Shown: positions 8,852 to 22,500, counted from the first letter of the stretch. The stretch is DNA of 59,088 nucleotides from a virus (IMGVR_UViG_3300025869_002638:1-59088); one strand, 5' to 3'. The notes: a model not told the origin generated them from the letters alone. Numbers and translations are program-made.

Positions 8852-11800
8852 TATTTAAAACCTCTCCGCCAATAAGCCCGTATAATGAACCGGCATTAGG
8901 GTCTTCTACTCTAGGAGGGTTAATATCTTCAGCCGGGGGATTAAGATTGACTATAGTTCTAGGAACCTCTGGTAAGTCTCGATCGATAGGTCTAAGTTGT
9001 GCCTCTCCCTTTATAAAGTAAAAATACTTATTATACATAGGTAAGTTAAGTATATCTATAGACTTAAAAGCATCATTTAGATTTTCCGCTACATTGTCTT
9101 TTAATACCTCTTGGGATAAAAATTGATAGTCTGAAGCGTCTAGCGTTCGGACCCTGCACAGCAATTGTTGTCCTTGTTCTATATTATTCAATACTTCCGG
9201 AGTGACCTCAAGCCACTGTTCAAGTTTCATTTTCTGTGTGAACGCACCATCTAGATTTTGATTCTCATCTGGTTCTATGAGGTTAGATCCAAAATCACCA
9301 CTCAACGAAAAAGGACCAGGCTTTAAGTTTCCAAACCCATTAAGATACTCAACTACTGCAATTTGCTTGTAGTTCATCCAGAAAGCCAAAAACTTAGCAT
9401 ATATCTTCATCGGATCCTTGGTTTGAGAATAGGGAGGAAAATTGATTCCACGCCGATAATAACTAATCAATTCCTGAGGGTCGTTAGCCGCATCCGAGTC
9501 TTCTAGGATAGGGCGGCAAGCATCATAAGACAAGTCTCCCTCGTTTTCACCCACGGCAATTTGGTTATTAGTCGTCGAGACAATAGCCATGCTCTTTTGC
9601 TGGTTGGGCAAATTGAGCAAAGTACTATCCAGTGCTGATTGTATATTATTTTCTGTTAGGTCAAACATTTCTTGAATAATATTAAAAGAATTAAAAAGAT
9701 CTCTTTCGTAGGATACCACAAAATCTAGTTCTTTGTCAATAGACAATTCACCAAAAATTGCAAAAGGCAACTTAATAGGCAACTTTCTAGTCTTACGTTT
9801 CCCAAGTCTTATCTGTAAATCTTGTGAGTCATTAGGAGAAGGCTTGCCATCCAGCGACTGTGTAGAGGTCTCAAAGTATGTTATAAGAGTGGGATCTAAA
9901 TTATTAGCCCCACCAATAATACCCGGTAGTGCTAATGGTCCATTTTGAATAAATCTCATTCCCCCAATTGGCGTATACCGAGTTTGGTCCACGGTGGGGT
10001 CATATGGTCCTTCTGAGATTTTAGGTGATTTATATTGAGGAGTGGTAGTAGCCTCTATGCGAACCCCATAACGCTCGTCTAAGATACTTAATACTGAGTC
10101 GTATAATTGTTCATTCTTTGATTCTAAGTTTATATTTTCATACCCTGCCTCATACTGCGGGGAGGGAGTAGCAAAAAATAAATCCTTACGATCGTAGTGC
10201 ATGTGCATTATGTCAGAAAACAAACTAGCATATGAATCAAGATCATAATTTACTAAAGTTCTTCCGGGCTGAGATGCCCGTGTCTGTTTAAATACCTGAC
10301 GTTTTGGTACATTAACCATAAGAGGCGTAAAGTGCTTCGCTGCTGAATTAGCAAAGATCCCAGTAGGTATATTTTCGGTTTGTGGTTGCAGGCGTTGAAA
10401 ATATTTCTCAAACTCTGAATTTATTCGTCCTTCATATTCTTCAAAAGAAATCCTGGAAAGTCCACTAGTTTGGATGTTTGGGTTAAGATTTTCGAAAATG
10501 TAATCGGCACCATATCCAAAATCGGTATTTAAATCAAGAGTCTCGTCAAACGTGTACACCTCTTGGTAAATTGGATAATCTCGTTGGCACACTCCACGGC
10601 TTTCAAAGTCAGTTACCACATGGTCTAAATTATTAATTGCAAGTGGATTATTGGGGAAAATAGTACGCAGTTGTTTAATGAAAAAGAATATTCCTATTTC
10701 AATTATTTTCTTTATATCCTCCAGAACCTCGGGGTTTACATTATCTGCGGTCAAAAGTGGGCGATAATAATCATATAGAAGAGTGCCCTGTTCCAAAGGT
10801 ATTATATCATCAATTATTTTTTGGTAATCATCAAGGACATGTTTAATCATATCTAAATAGGAAACTTCTTGTCCCCGAAACTGTCCTATAATATTGTTAA
10901 GAGGCGTAGTAGTGCGCCGCAAGGAGGCGTTGTAAATATTTCGTCCATTTGTTATAATTTCCCCTTCTTCAAAACGCACAGTGTCTGGAATGGAATTCAC
11001 AATATTATCGAAGATCTGTCCTAAATCATACTTAAGTCCGTAAAGCCTCCGCACTACCTCTCGCAAGAAGAGTGGCGCATTGTCTTCTACGACATACTTT
11101 ACGCTATACCCTAGGCGATCCGTTGCTCCTTGGCGGCGCATGTCTGGGATGTCTTTATCTTGTCCTTCAAAGAATTTTATCTTTGGATCAGTTGCAGCAG
11201 TTACGTTCAAAACAGGCTGGGCAGCCATAATAAACTCTTTAGGATAAGACAAGTTGGGACCTAAAGTTCGTAAATTTCCAACTGTCCCAAGGTTGTTGAT
11301 TCCCCCATAAGACAATGGATTGACATAGTGCCGATACAGAGACATATCTTTCACTTGAGAGAATGTAAAATCATAACTGTCATCGCCACCTAAAAGAATA
11401 TTTGCCGTTGTAGGGTTACGATAAAAATATGAAAAAGCACTATTAGAAATCAAGAATGACTGTACATCAAAGGCAAAAGTAAGCCGGGGCACCTCATCAT
11501 GATCTCTCGTGACCCAAAGGTCTGTGAAAAAGTTTTTATCTTGAATGATCTTTTTAATTTCAGGATTTTGATCGAGCAACGTTCCTGCATAGGATTTATA
11601 CAATTTGTCGTATAAGAATTTATACTTATCTTCTTCGAAAGATAATGGATCTGTAGTTATAATCTGAGCCTGTGAACGTTGTGGACTTTCAATAACTCGA
11701 CTATCCCTGAACTGCCCATTACTGTAGGGTCCGATCCCTACATATGGGTTAACCCGAGAAATAGAATTCCAAATATTCTTAGAACCTAGCACGTTGGCGC

Positions 11801-12608
11801 TCACAATAGGAGTTGTTCCAGCCCCAAGGGTCAAGCCAGAACCTTCTTGTTCGGGAGCCTCATAAATAAACATATAGAGAGTTAGTTGTGATAATTTACT
11901 AGGGGTTACATTGGACATGTCAAAGGTGACAGGCAGCATTGAAACTCGTTGTAGGTTCTGTAAGGCGTCTCTAAGTGCTAGTCCCTCGATTTGTTCTACA
12001 ATGTTACCCTCTTCGTCCATTACGACTGCGCCTGGATCTAGATTGTCGGGATCTCCTACTCCAGGACGAGTTGATTCCACGCTGCGGCGAATAATGTTCC
12101 CATCCTCATCACGAGGAAGAACCTCAAGTAACCCAGCGTCATAAAGGACTATGCCCTGAGGCAGGGTAGTGCCGTTATCAGTATAAGAAATGTTATCATC
12201 TCTTTGAAATATTAATTCCTGACTCACTTGGTCACTAGCATAAAGTGAGTAAGGGGATCCGCTAGACATATACTGCTGAAATTGAGGCTGTAGGCTGCGG
12301 TATAAAAAGTCCGTATACCCATTTTCACTTACTACCTCGGAAAAGTTATTATCTTGAACCTCAAGGAAAAGGTACTCATTAAAACGTTGAGTTGCAAAAT
12401 CAGTCACCTGAGCCGATCCACTTTCGTAAGCCAGCCCAATTCTTACCCGAAGATTTCTTAATTCCCTATCACTCTCTGAGAGATTACCAGTCTGCTGGAT
12501 GAAGGAACTGTGGATGTTAACAGTCGTACTAAAGACGCCAGACTCCGCATCGTTCTCCTCAAGAACGAGTGAATCAAGACGGAGTTGTTGAATTCTTCTT
12601 AAAATCAT
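8844..12608 (-). CDS. Large hypothetical protein (probable virion component)
   Basis: 1254-aa open frame, overlapping its neighbours, inside the structural block; no recognised motif. Confidence 0.45.
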   Translation of the reverse strand: MILRRIQQLRLDSLVLEENDAESGVFSTTVNIHSSFIQQTGNLSESDRELRNLRVRIGLAYESGSAQVTDFATQRFNEYLFLEVQDNNFSEVVSENGYTDFLYRSLQPQFQQYMSSGSPYSLYASDQVSQELIFQRDDNISYTDNGTTLPQGIVLYDAGLLEVLPRDEDGNIIRRSVESTRPGVGDPDNLDPGAVVMDEEGNIVEQIEGLALRDALQNLQRVSMLPVTFDMSNVTPSKLSQLTLYMFIYEAPEQEGSGLTLGAGTTPIVSANVLGSKNIWNSISRVNPYVGIGPYSNGQFRDSRVIESPQRSQAQIITTDPLSFEEDKYKFLYDKLYKSYAGTLLDQNPEIKKIIQDKNFFTDLWVTRDHDEVPRLTFAFDVQSFLISNSAFSYFYRNPTTANILLGGDDSYDFTFSQVKDMSLYRHYVNPLSYGGINNLGTVGNLRTLGPNLSYPKEFIMAAQPVLNVTAATDPKIKFFEGQDKDIPDMRRQGATDRLGYSVKYVVEDNAPLFLREVVRRLYGLKYDLGQIFDNIVNSIPDTVRFEEGEIITNGRNIYNASLRRTTTPLNNIIGQFRGQEVSYLDMIKHVLDDYQKIIDDIIPLEQGTLLYDYYRPLLTADNVNPEVLEDIKKIIEIGIFFFIKQLRTIFPNNPLAINNLDHVVTDFESRGVCQRDYPIYQEVYTFDETLDLNTDFGYGADYIFENLNPNIQTSGLSRISFEEYEGRINSEFEKYFQRLQPQTENIPTGIFANSAAKHFTPLMVNVPKRQVFKQTRASQPGRTLVNYDLDSYASLFSDIMHMHYDRKDLFFATPSPQYEAGYENINLESKNEQLYDSVLSILDERYGVRIEATTTPQYKSPKISEGPYDPTVDQTRYTPIGGMRFIQNGPLALPGIIGGANNLDPTLITYFETSTQSLDGKPSPNDSQDLQIRLGKRKTRKLPIKLPFAIFGELSIDKELDFVVSYERDLFNSFNIIQEMFDLTENNIQSALDSTLLNLPNQQKSMAIVSTTNNQIAVGENEGDLSYDACRPILEDSDAANDPQELISYYRRGINFPPYSQTKDPMKIYAKFLAFWMNYKQIAVVEYLNGFGNLKPGPFSLSGDFGSNLIEPDENQNLDGAFTQKMKLEQWLEVTPEVLNNIEQGQQLLCRVRTLDASDYQFLSQEVLKDNVAENLNDAFKSIDILNLPMYNKYFYFIKGEAQLRPIDRDLPEVPRTIVNLNPPAEDINPPRVEDPNAGSLYGLIGGEVLNND

Positions 12609-13516
12609 TATCCATCTCTCCCACTTAGAGTATCAACGGCTTCGCACAAATCCCCTACCGTTGCGTCAACATTTCGCTTGTACAATGTTGAATTAGACGG
12701 CATCTCCACTCCTTGCACTTCCTTATCCAGAAAAACATTAAAATAATACTCTACATATGTGTTATCTAGTTCCGGAAAGGCTTGAATAATATCTTGTTCT
12801 GTTCCCTCTATCGTATCAACCAGTACATAAGGGCTAGTCTGGTTCTGGAGACCTTGAGCATGTTGTGATTCCCGATTAATAAAACCTAATGCCGTCAGGT
12901 TGTTTTGGGTATCCATTTTAAATATTTCAATATCAAAATTTCCATTTAGTTTAAAAAGAGTATTAAGTTCCTGTACATCCAGGACTATTTTTTCATTTTC
13001 CGTTAAGTAGTAAACAAAACCAGCCTCTGGGTCTTCTGCTGGCTCAGATTGGTAATGGACTTCTAGCGATGCGCTCAATAATGGAACAGTATTAGAAGAT
13101 TGATATTGAGCGGTCTCACCCAAGATGACGTCTGAGGGTGGTGCTAAAGTAATATCCCAAGATGGCATAAAATCTGACCAAGGGCTATTAGACCCCAGAA
13201 ATCGGAAGAATCTCGAATTAGCATCTGTAACTTGGTTAAACTGATTCATGTCAGTTGTAGAATTTATGGAAACAACAGGACTTGTTGAGCCCGTGAATTT
13301 AGCCCAAGTCTTTAATCTAGCAGTGTTATCTTTTATTCGAGGAACAATCTGGTTTTGCGTCTCAGTGACACCCCCGTGTTTACCATCGTACAAAATATCA
13401 CTATCATAGAAAGCATAATATTTAGGATAGAATGTGCCTTGTGAAAGTTTGTCCTTACCGTAAGGAGTTAACTCCACTTGCAATACTTCTTCCTTTTGAT
13501 TAAAAAACTTTACCAT
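12608..13516 (-). CDS. Virion structural protein (baseplate-associated)
   Basis: N-terminal VELTPYGKDKLSQG...YAFYDSDILY parallels the N-terminus of 4856..5881. Confidence 0.5.
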   Translation of the reverse strand: MVKFFNQKEEVLQVELTPYGKDKLSQGTFYPKYYAFYDSDILYDGKHGGVTETQNQIVPRIKDNTARLKTWAKFTGSTSPVVSINSTTDMNQFNQVTDANSRFFRFLGSNSPWSDFMPSWDITLAPPSDVILGETAQYQSSNTVPLLSASLEVHYQSEPAEDPEAGFVYYLTENEKIVLDVQELNTLFKLNGNFDIEIFKMDTQNNLTALGFINRESQHAQGLQNQTSPYVLVDTIEGTEQDIIQAFPELDNTYVEYYFNVFLDKEVQGVEMPSNSTLYKRNVDATVGDLCEAVDTLSGRDG

Positions 13517-13526
13517 ATCTTAAGTA

Positions 13527-16500
13527 TCACTCATCATTGTTTTGCGCACCCAGATTTAAACCTAGTCCTGCGCCTAGTGGTGGAATCTCAAGACCGCCCT
13601 CTGGTATTTGTCCTTCACCAGGGAGGGGATTATTTCGAGATTCTTCAGTATATTCTCTCTCCAGCTCTGGTCGAAAAACGAACTTTGTATCCAATTTGTT
13701 GAGTTCGACCAGAGAGAAATGGTCGTATGGCCAATTGTAGGAACCTTCCGTGAGTGAATGCTTGTAACTGTATACTGTTTTTGCCCAATTGTCCATAGTG
13801 CCCATGAACCTTGCAGCAGACTCAGGAGTTAACCCTTGGGCACTCAGGAACCCGTTTACTTTTTCGTAAGACAAGGCATCCACTCCATCCACCTCTTCCA
13901 TGACCATTTGATCATATCCTACAAGTCCTCTTTCTTTTACCTTAAATACTAACCAACGTATCTCAGGATAAACACCTCGAAGATCTGGTAGTCCCGAAAT
14001 ATCTAGAAGATCGTATCGTGGGTGACCATCTCGTTCATTACGAGGAATATCTAAAATAATCTGCTCCTTAAGGACTTCTGGGAACTTAGTGGCAGTTTCT
14101 TCTACATTATCTCCCGGAAGGTAGTGGTCAACTGCTGTATAACTCATGTTGAATCTCTGAGAAATATCAGGCATTACTCCCTGCCACATGTCTGCTAAAT
14201 CCTGTTTGGTTAGAGAAATTTTATGTTCTAATAAATAAACCACAGGAGTGTGAAGCATTTTGGTCCCGTCCAACACTTGATCGTAGTCATCCGGACCAAA
14301 AGGATTAATGAGGTCAGGGATGTTGGGGTATCCCTGAGGTACAAGTCCCAATAAACCATTTGCTAAAGCAGGAGGCAATGAAAACTTTGTGAATCTCTTT
14401 CGGAATTCTTTAATTTTTGGACCTAATTTGTCGGCGGGAGCCCGAAGAGGAATTATGCGAGGCTTCTGGTCTTTATCAAAATAGACAGGTAATGCCAAGA
14501 CTGCCTCGGAAAGTGATTTTTCATTATCTTCCCCGAGTTCGCCCAGGCGCTTCGCTTTGCTGAAATCTATACCATTACGAATAATCTCTTCTGAGTCAAA
14601 GCCAACCAGATCTCCCAAAGACTTGACTGTTCTCTCGGCATCACTAACAAATTTAGGAACTTTTTTCACATACTTGTTGGTACGCTTAGCAGTAGCACCA
14701 TCAAGATATGTGATAGCCACAAAATCGTATTCTTCGCTATTGCCAGTGGGGATATCCTTGATGTACATATACACCCCTTCATCATTATCTGGCTGAACAC
14801 CATACTGGTGCCACATCCCCTTGGATCCAGAATAATAGGTTCCAGTACCTACAGATGCGGAGAATTGATATGACGGAACACCTTCTGCGGTTTGAGAGCT
14901 TGGAAAATCTAGAACTGGACATTCCCACTTGGGCATGATGGTCCATTTGTTAGGATCCGTACTCCGATAAGATGTTCCCGTAGAAGTCGGGAAAGTATTA
15001 AATATGTTAACCGAGGCATCAATATCCATCCTGTTTTGCCATGCTCGGTTCCAACCATAAGATGGGGTAGCAACAGAGGTTACCACGTTATTATCTCGGT
15101 CTATGAATGAACCAGAAGTCATATCATAATAACTCCCACTTTCATTCAAGTATTGAACAAAAAGCTCGCCTCGATCATTATTAAGAATTTCGTCCAAAGT
15201 ATAATCATTTTTATCGCCCCGTGGCATAAACAACATTCTTACTAAAGATGGTCCATAATAATATGGTGGCGTAAACGGCGCAAACTCACCACGGTGTTTT
15301 GGCCAGTTCTGTTCCCTGCCCTTTGGAAGTTCGTCAGATGTAAGTCCGTGCCAGTCTACTGAGCCCGTACTGGTAGGAATCCCAAAAGCATATGGATTAC
15401 TGTACTGGTTGAAATTCTCCGTTTTAAGTAGACCAATCTCCATCATATAGGCGGCATCTTTTTCAACCTCTACAGTTCTTTCGGGAGCGGTATTTTGTTG
15501 TCCATCTTTGGGAGGTGCCCCGAACTGAGAAACGAATTTAGTCAAGTACCCCTCAGGTCCATATTTATTAGTCTTCTTTTTCAAGAAAAACTTAGGTACG
15601 TTAGCCAAGAAGTTAGACATGGCTTTTTTGTACAAGGTATCGTTCAAAGACTTGGCGGATATTGATCCCGTAGCATCAAGATACAAATACTCGTTAAGGT
15701 CCGACAAGACAGTCCCTAGAGACTCTCCTGTTTTTAAGGCTGGAACAGGATCAACTAGTGTTTCAAAAGGTAGGCGATCAGCCCAGAAAAAAGAATTAAT
15801 ATCTGCATTTTGCCAATTTGCAGTTGATAAGTTACGTCTCCTGTTGCCTGGGATGGTCCCTGGGGCATTACTAACCGACAGAGTTCCGCTCAGGCACCCA
15901 TGTAATGGCAAAGTTGCGCTAGAAGATAAGTACTGTGTTAAGTTTCGAGTGGTCCGGCGAATAGGATAATCAACAGCGATTCCAGACTTAATGGAGTTGT
16001 AAAGGATTCCCGGTGCCAAGAAAGGTCGGAGCAATGATCTCCATGCAGAAGTTGCAGATCCACTTGTGCCAGTCAGTACAGCATTGCCAATGTATGCATC
16101 CCTAAACAGAGCAGCGATCTCAAGGCTTCTATTTGCTGGATAAAAACCATCGTAAGGGAGCATTTTTACAATTGCTTCTGAGCCCAGTTCAAAGTGTCGT
16201 GGGTAATTGTTGAAAATAAAATCTCTCTGCAAAATATCATCAGGCATAAAGTCCCCAAGGAACTCTAACTTATCTGTTTCAGCAAAACGTTGATAGAAAG
16301 AACTATTGACTCCGTTAAACATTGTATGATTGGCACCAGTAAGCTCCAAGGAGGCAGAAACAATTGATAGAAGACTACCATTCTGCTGGTACTGTTTGAT
16401 GTGTTCACTAATCCGAAACTCAGGCATGATAGTTTTTTCTTTGCCTGCTAGTCTTATATTTTCCACATATTTTTCATAGGTGTCGTAGAATGGCCGGCTC

Positions 16501-19500
16501 TGGGCGGCGGACTGGCGCTTATTTGGTCCATCAACATATATTCTTGAAACTCCTGCTGTCCAGGCTGGTCTGGTGTATACCGATCCAGGGGAGCGAGGCT
16601 CGGGAAGATCGACACACACAGTGGATGCTGCTGCTCCAGCAGCAAATGCCACAGTCGTAACACCGCCATCAGTTTCGGCTGTGCCTGCGACGGGTTTGCC
16701 ATTCATTGCTGTGCCTGCGACATCCGCAGTTAAAGGAACAGTTGATCCCGCCACTGTCCCTGGTGTAATATTGATAGCACCTGCTGCTTGGGACAGAGAT
16801 ATTGTTTGAGCGATGGCTGCAATAACATCAGATGTGGCGGTTGCCCCAAAAGTACCTATGATTGTATCCGTAGACGCACCGGGTGCTGTAGCAGCATCAA
16901 AAATGTATGATACCACACCGTGAGCGACATCTTCAAGGTCCAGAGTTTTACTATTGTAGGTATAATCTGTGGCTCCAGCCCAACTGGTTACAGCCACACC
17001 AAGAACACCAGTATCATTAGAAGTTATATTTCTACTATTCCAGGCAGTACCTGCTGTACCTGCGGTTAAGTCAATAGTATCCGTACCTGATTTTGCAGGC
17101 AGAGCAATATTCAACGGTGAGGCATCAACACGGGCAGATTCGATGGCACTGAATAGTTGATTCCGGCACTCTTCTTTTGTAAAATATACCCCCACAAAAG
17201 GCGGATTCTCTACACCCATTTCATAGGTATTGGTGCCTGCATCGAAAGTGTTAGAATTGGAGTTATTTACAAACTTAAAAGTCTTAGTCGATGTTAGATC
17301 CTGAATTTCCAACGTCACTGCGCCGAAGAGGGATGAGCCGTCTGCACTACTTCCGAGCACGAACTGTCCAGTAGCAGTCGTAAGACCCTCTCCCTCTCCC
17401 CTGCTTGCCGTGATAGCGGCTACTGCTGCGACCGCAGACGTGGTTGTGCAATCAACCTTGGTAACAGGAACATTGTAGACATATTGTGCCGAATTAATAC
17501 TAGAAGTTATATAAACAGCCGTGCCATTGTTTAAAGACCCACCTGGGTCAGTAATTCTATCGTTTATAGTTCCATAGTGAGTCATCATTAGCTCACCAGC
17601 CGCCATCGTACCAGCATCCGCAAGAACAACTGGAGTAGAGGCAGTCAACACAGTGACCAAAGACGTATCGAAATCAGAATATAGGTACGAGTCAAGAGGC
17701 CATATTGAGCCAGATCCAGGTCCCGCTGGCAGTGAAGAGGGATCTTCATACGGAACCTGGTCTAAGTTTTGAACCGGATAACCCTGAGATGTGACAAAGT
17801 CGCCCTTCAGGCGAGTAGACTGTCGGTTAAAGCCATCGATATTTACCCGAGATATAAGTTTAGAATAATCTGTTAGCGATGTCACTGCTGCGCTACCAGT
17901 GACTATAGCATCATCTCTCCAGTGGCTATAAACAAAAGCCTGGCGAGCACGGGACTGTGACAAATATGTGTAAACTTCTTTCGGATAAATTGTTTCCCTA
18001 TAAGTAAAGTCTTTAATTAATTCCGCACCGTTCACACTGCGCTGGACATTTTCTACGAATTGATCTCTTAAAACCTCGTAGGGGCGCTTTATCTTTCCAT
18101 GTGCAAATTTTACATCGCCCTGGATTTGTTCGTTCAACTCACGGTTAGCAAACCCCATCAACATATTTCCATAAGTATATTCCATGGCAATAGAAGTATG
18201 ACGCTCTGATGTCTTTGAGGGTGTTCCGATCGGAGTCCTCATCTGATGGAGTAACGCTTTATAGCGTGAAGTAATGGGCGCTTCTCTAAATCTCTGGGAA
18301 TAGTAATGAGGCTCCGCTTGTCCGTTTCGACTGTATATTGTACGAGTTTTAGTGGCTATTGAGCCATTACTACCATCATCAAATTTTACTTCGTCATTTA
18401 GCGTCACTACTTCTTGGGGTAACAACTCATAAAGATTATTTTGCCAAAAGTATTGAGCCTTTTGAGAATTTCCGGCTTGCATTTGTTTCCAAGAGACATA
18501 ATCTCGATTGTTTGCCCATACAAATTCGGACTTTCCGCCAGCATTAGTAATTAAAGAATTAGAGAAAGTTGAAGGGTAGGCTGTAGCACTTTGAGTTACA
18601 AAAGTAATATTGGCTGGGTAGCGACTGCCCAAGGCAACATACTGGTCATATATTGAAGCATTCTCAGAGCCAGATAAATAGGATGTCCACTGAGCCCTAT
18701 CAGCATTAGGGACTGGGCGGGTTACAAACCCATCATCGTAAACGCTAGCAGTGCCTACCGTTGTTGGGGTGGCGGCTCCTGAAAAGCCCATCTCTAAACG
18801 TAAAACTGTATTTCTTTGTATTTTAGTTGCGGAAGGGGTCGTACTAGGAGCACCAGTCGCTGGATCGTATTGATACCCTCCGAAGGTGGAATGGGTTCCT
18901 AAACGCTTGAGATAAGGGTTTATTACAGCCAAATTTCGGAAAGGCAGCGCACTATTGGGCGAAAACTGATCAGAGTTGACATCTCTAAACTGCTGCTTTG
19001 AATCTTCCTTAGAGCCAGGCGAAGCAAACATATCAACTAGAATTACTTCCGTCTTCCTTCGGTTAGGCACTTGTCTTGGAGCCGGATAATCTGCGGACCC
19101 AGTCAAGCCACTAGTTCGTCGGGCAGGTGGCGTAATAAAAGCCGATGGCATAGAGTATTGATAACGAGAATTATTAAAGATAAAATCTATATTTGTTTCA
19201 AAGCGACTGTTACCTTGGACAACTTCATAGTTTCTCTCAAAGTTTCCGACTTTTCTTACACCGTCACCAGGAGTACTGCCAGTAATAATAGTTTTGATAT
19301 TTGCAAGGTTAACAGGAGATTTTGAGGATAGTCCTCTTAGGTATTGACCTTTGGGGATTATTCCTGTCGTTATAGTCGTAACCGAGCCAGTACCCGAAGT
19401 AATTGTTAAATTGTATTCTTCACGGCGGTCTATGGTTCTAAATGGTGCAACATGACGTGCTTGGATACCACCGACCCAACGCTTAGTAAAGGGTCCCTGC

Positions 19501-22500
19501 AATGGCACACTATGACGATAAGGAGAGATAGAGTCCTCATGAAGATTATTAAGAGAGATCCCTGTAAGACCAAGACTGTTCAATTGAGCATTATAGCCTG
19601 TTGTCAAACTAGAACTAATAGCGGTGAATGGAGTCAGTTGAGCACCTTTGTAATTTACACCATCTTTTGTTGCTCGAAAAGGAACAAGTTTCTTTTGCAT
19701 GGGATCAAGAACATCATCACAATCCTCCAGACTCTTGAATTGATCAAAAGTGTAATCTCGAATGCGCCTCTTTTTGTTCAGGTATTGATTAATTCCGCCA
19801 TAAATCGGAGCCACTATTTGTCCATCAACACAAAGGAAGTTAGTTCCATCTACTTGTTTCTGTACAGCGTTTAAAACAGCGTTACGAGTGGTTAAATTTC
19901 CTCCCGAAGCGATAAGGGGGGGAACATCTCTTTCTGCTCGGGTGCGCCACCAGTTACAGTTTCTACTCTGAAGAGCAGGAATAGGTGCGTGTTTGAATTT
20001 CCAACCTGGGCTGGTACGACAAACTGACCCAAAGCCAGCGCCCAGGCTGCCGGTGATTCCTGCTACTGGATGCTTATCTCTTAGAATAGTAAGTTTGTGT
20101 TGAATCTTTGGCCGCTCAAGGACATGACTCTCAACGACTTTTCTAACTTCTGGGGCGTATTTGGCAGAAACAGGGAATAATTCCTGGATCATCTCCCCCA
20201 TCGCAGTGTCAATCCACTTATAGTAGCGGAGATACTTATCAAAGTCAGGAATATCATTTTTGACTCTACGGAAAAATATTTCTCTTAACTTTTCCATTCG
20301 CTTATAATTTAGACGGTATTTGTTGACAGGCTCGCCTATGATATTATTAAATTCTTCGATAGAAGCAAACATCTCCAACATTCGATTAGAGATACTACGA
20401 TACATGCTTCTCTCTACTGCGAAGAAGAAGTCAATAGGTCTTAAATAAATACCGAAAGTCTCATCATCGCTAGTAGGAACATTGACCATATTGTCTCCGC
20501 CAACATATTCGGGGATCTGAAGATGGTCGGTGTAAACGTACTGTTTTCTTACCGGCGTGAAACTAGACTTAAAGAAGTCGCCACGACCAGTATGTTCTCG
20601 TAGATTAATATTACTAAAGACAGGACCCTGGTACTCGTTAGGGTAAACTTGCACGTTTGAGCCCGAGGAATAATCAGTAACCATAAACCGACCGCTTGAA
20701 TCACTCCCACTGATATCAGCGAAATCCCAGTTGAGTGCCAATGTTTGAATCTTGGGGATATAAACATTAGGAGCAGCACTCTGAAATTCGTAAGCGTTTC
20801 TATAGGGATTGAGGCGTCCGTAGGTATCAACCTCTTTGGCGTGGTGATCAACAGTAGAATTTGGAAGATAGTCTGTCCAGTATCTTACGCTTGATCCCCT
20901 GATATCAGTATTAACCAGCGTGCTTCCTGTAAAGTTAAACCTAGATGCTCCTAGATATACTTTTTTAGCACTTTCTATGATATTAGATCCCGAAGTTGCC
21001 GAAAGATCTGTCGCCGAAGAAAAACTATACTTCTTTATGCCGTTTTGGTAGTTAACGCCATAGAGTTCCAGAGTATAGCCAGTTTGAGCCACTGCTGATC
21101 CGATAACACCGTCAGAGAATTGATATCTCTCAGGGCGTAAGGACAAGGCCAGGTTCCACTTAGTGTTGTCATACACATTATTAAAGATACTACTAGTAAG
21201 GAGCGTCTTACCTTCTCGGTCTTTAACCAGAAAGTAGGCATCTTTTACTTTGTGTGCGGGTTCGAAAATTTCTGGGTATTCACCCGGACTCTTGATTACC
21301 TGTACCTGAAGACCGTAATCGCTTGATGCTGCTGCCCAAGTTGTATCGGTGATTGTAGGAGAGGAGTCGGCGGGAGTATGGAAACCCATGACTGATGCTG
21401 TCACGACTTGAGGAATATTATATCCTAAATTTCTATAATCCTGTTTGACGGCAAGATCAAGTTCGCTCTGAAGAGTAAAGGCAAATTCCCCCAAAGACGT
21501 AGATCCAGAAATGGTACCTACTGAATTAGGGTTTGTTGAATCATAATACTGATAGACAATTGCTTCGTCATCCGCCTGGTCCAGATGGGCTGTGAAGTCA
21601 GCGAACTTCTTAGTACTGACGCCTGCCTTATAATTAGAGACCAATTCGAAGTCAGCGTTATTAGGGTAAGTATTAAGCGCAATAATTTCATCATCTACAC
21701 CTAAGCACCTAATGAAGTTCCGAATCGCCTTTTCATTGCCCTTGGACTTGAGAATGAAATTTAAGTTATTATAAATGTTCTTATAGATCGAATTTTTAAT
21801 ATCTTCCAGTTGGTCGTCAAAATTGATCTGCTCATCACGCTGCAAGAATTGCTGAAGAGTTCCGGCGTTGGCAAATAACTCTGGTGCCTCGATACCTAGA
21901 TTCTCAACTAACCTGTCATTATAGGGAAAATGTGTATAAGAAGAGGAAAGGCTTCCGCTTACATAATCCATGTAACGAAGGTTTTTGATATAAGTTATTT
22001 GATTATAAATTGTGTCGAAGTAGTTAGCCATAATCTGTGTTAGGCTAACAATCTCGTTAGAGCCCTGTTCTTCTTCTTCGATTATCCAGTTAGGCAAATG
22101 GTTCAATAAGCGGGCGTTATTTTGATAATCATAATTACTTCCTGTCAGAATGTAATCTGCCAACAAGGTTGTATAGTTGGGATTAGAAGACCGAACAATG
22201 GGATCACCAAACTCATGAATTGATTCTATTTTTAACTGATTAATCGCCGAGGCTGTATTACGAGTATTTGTAGAGTTGTAACCTACGTACAACCCATTAG
22301 ACAAACGACCAGAGTAATCCATGATAACCTGGTCAACAGCCGCATTGGTCGTAATTCCCTCATTAAATTTAAAATAGACACCGAGAGAAACATTAACATC
22401 ATATTTGTTACTTCCTCCGCCTACGTTGGCGAACCAGTATCTTCCAATTTCCTCGTCATTTCGGGCAGTTTTCCAGAAACGAAACTCGTCCAGCGATGCA

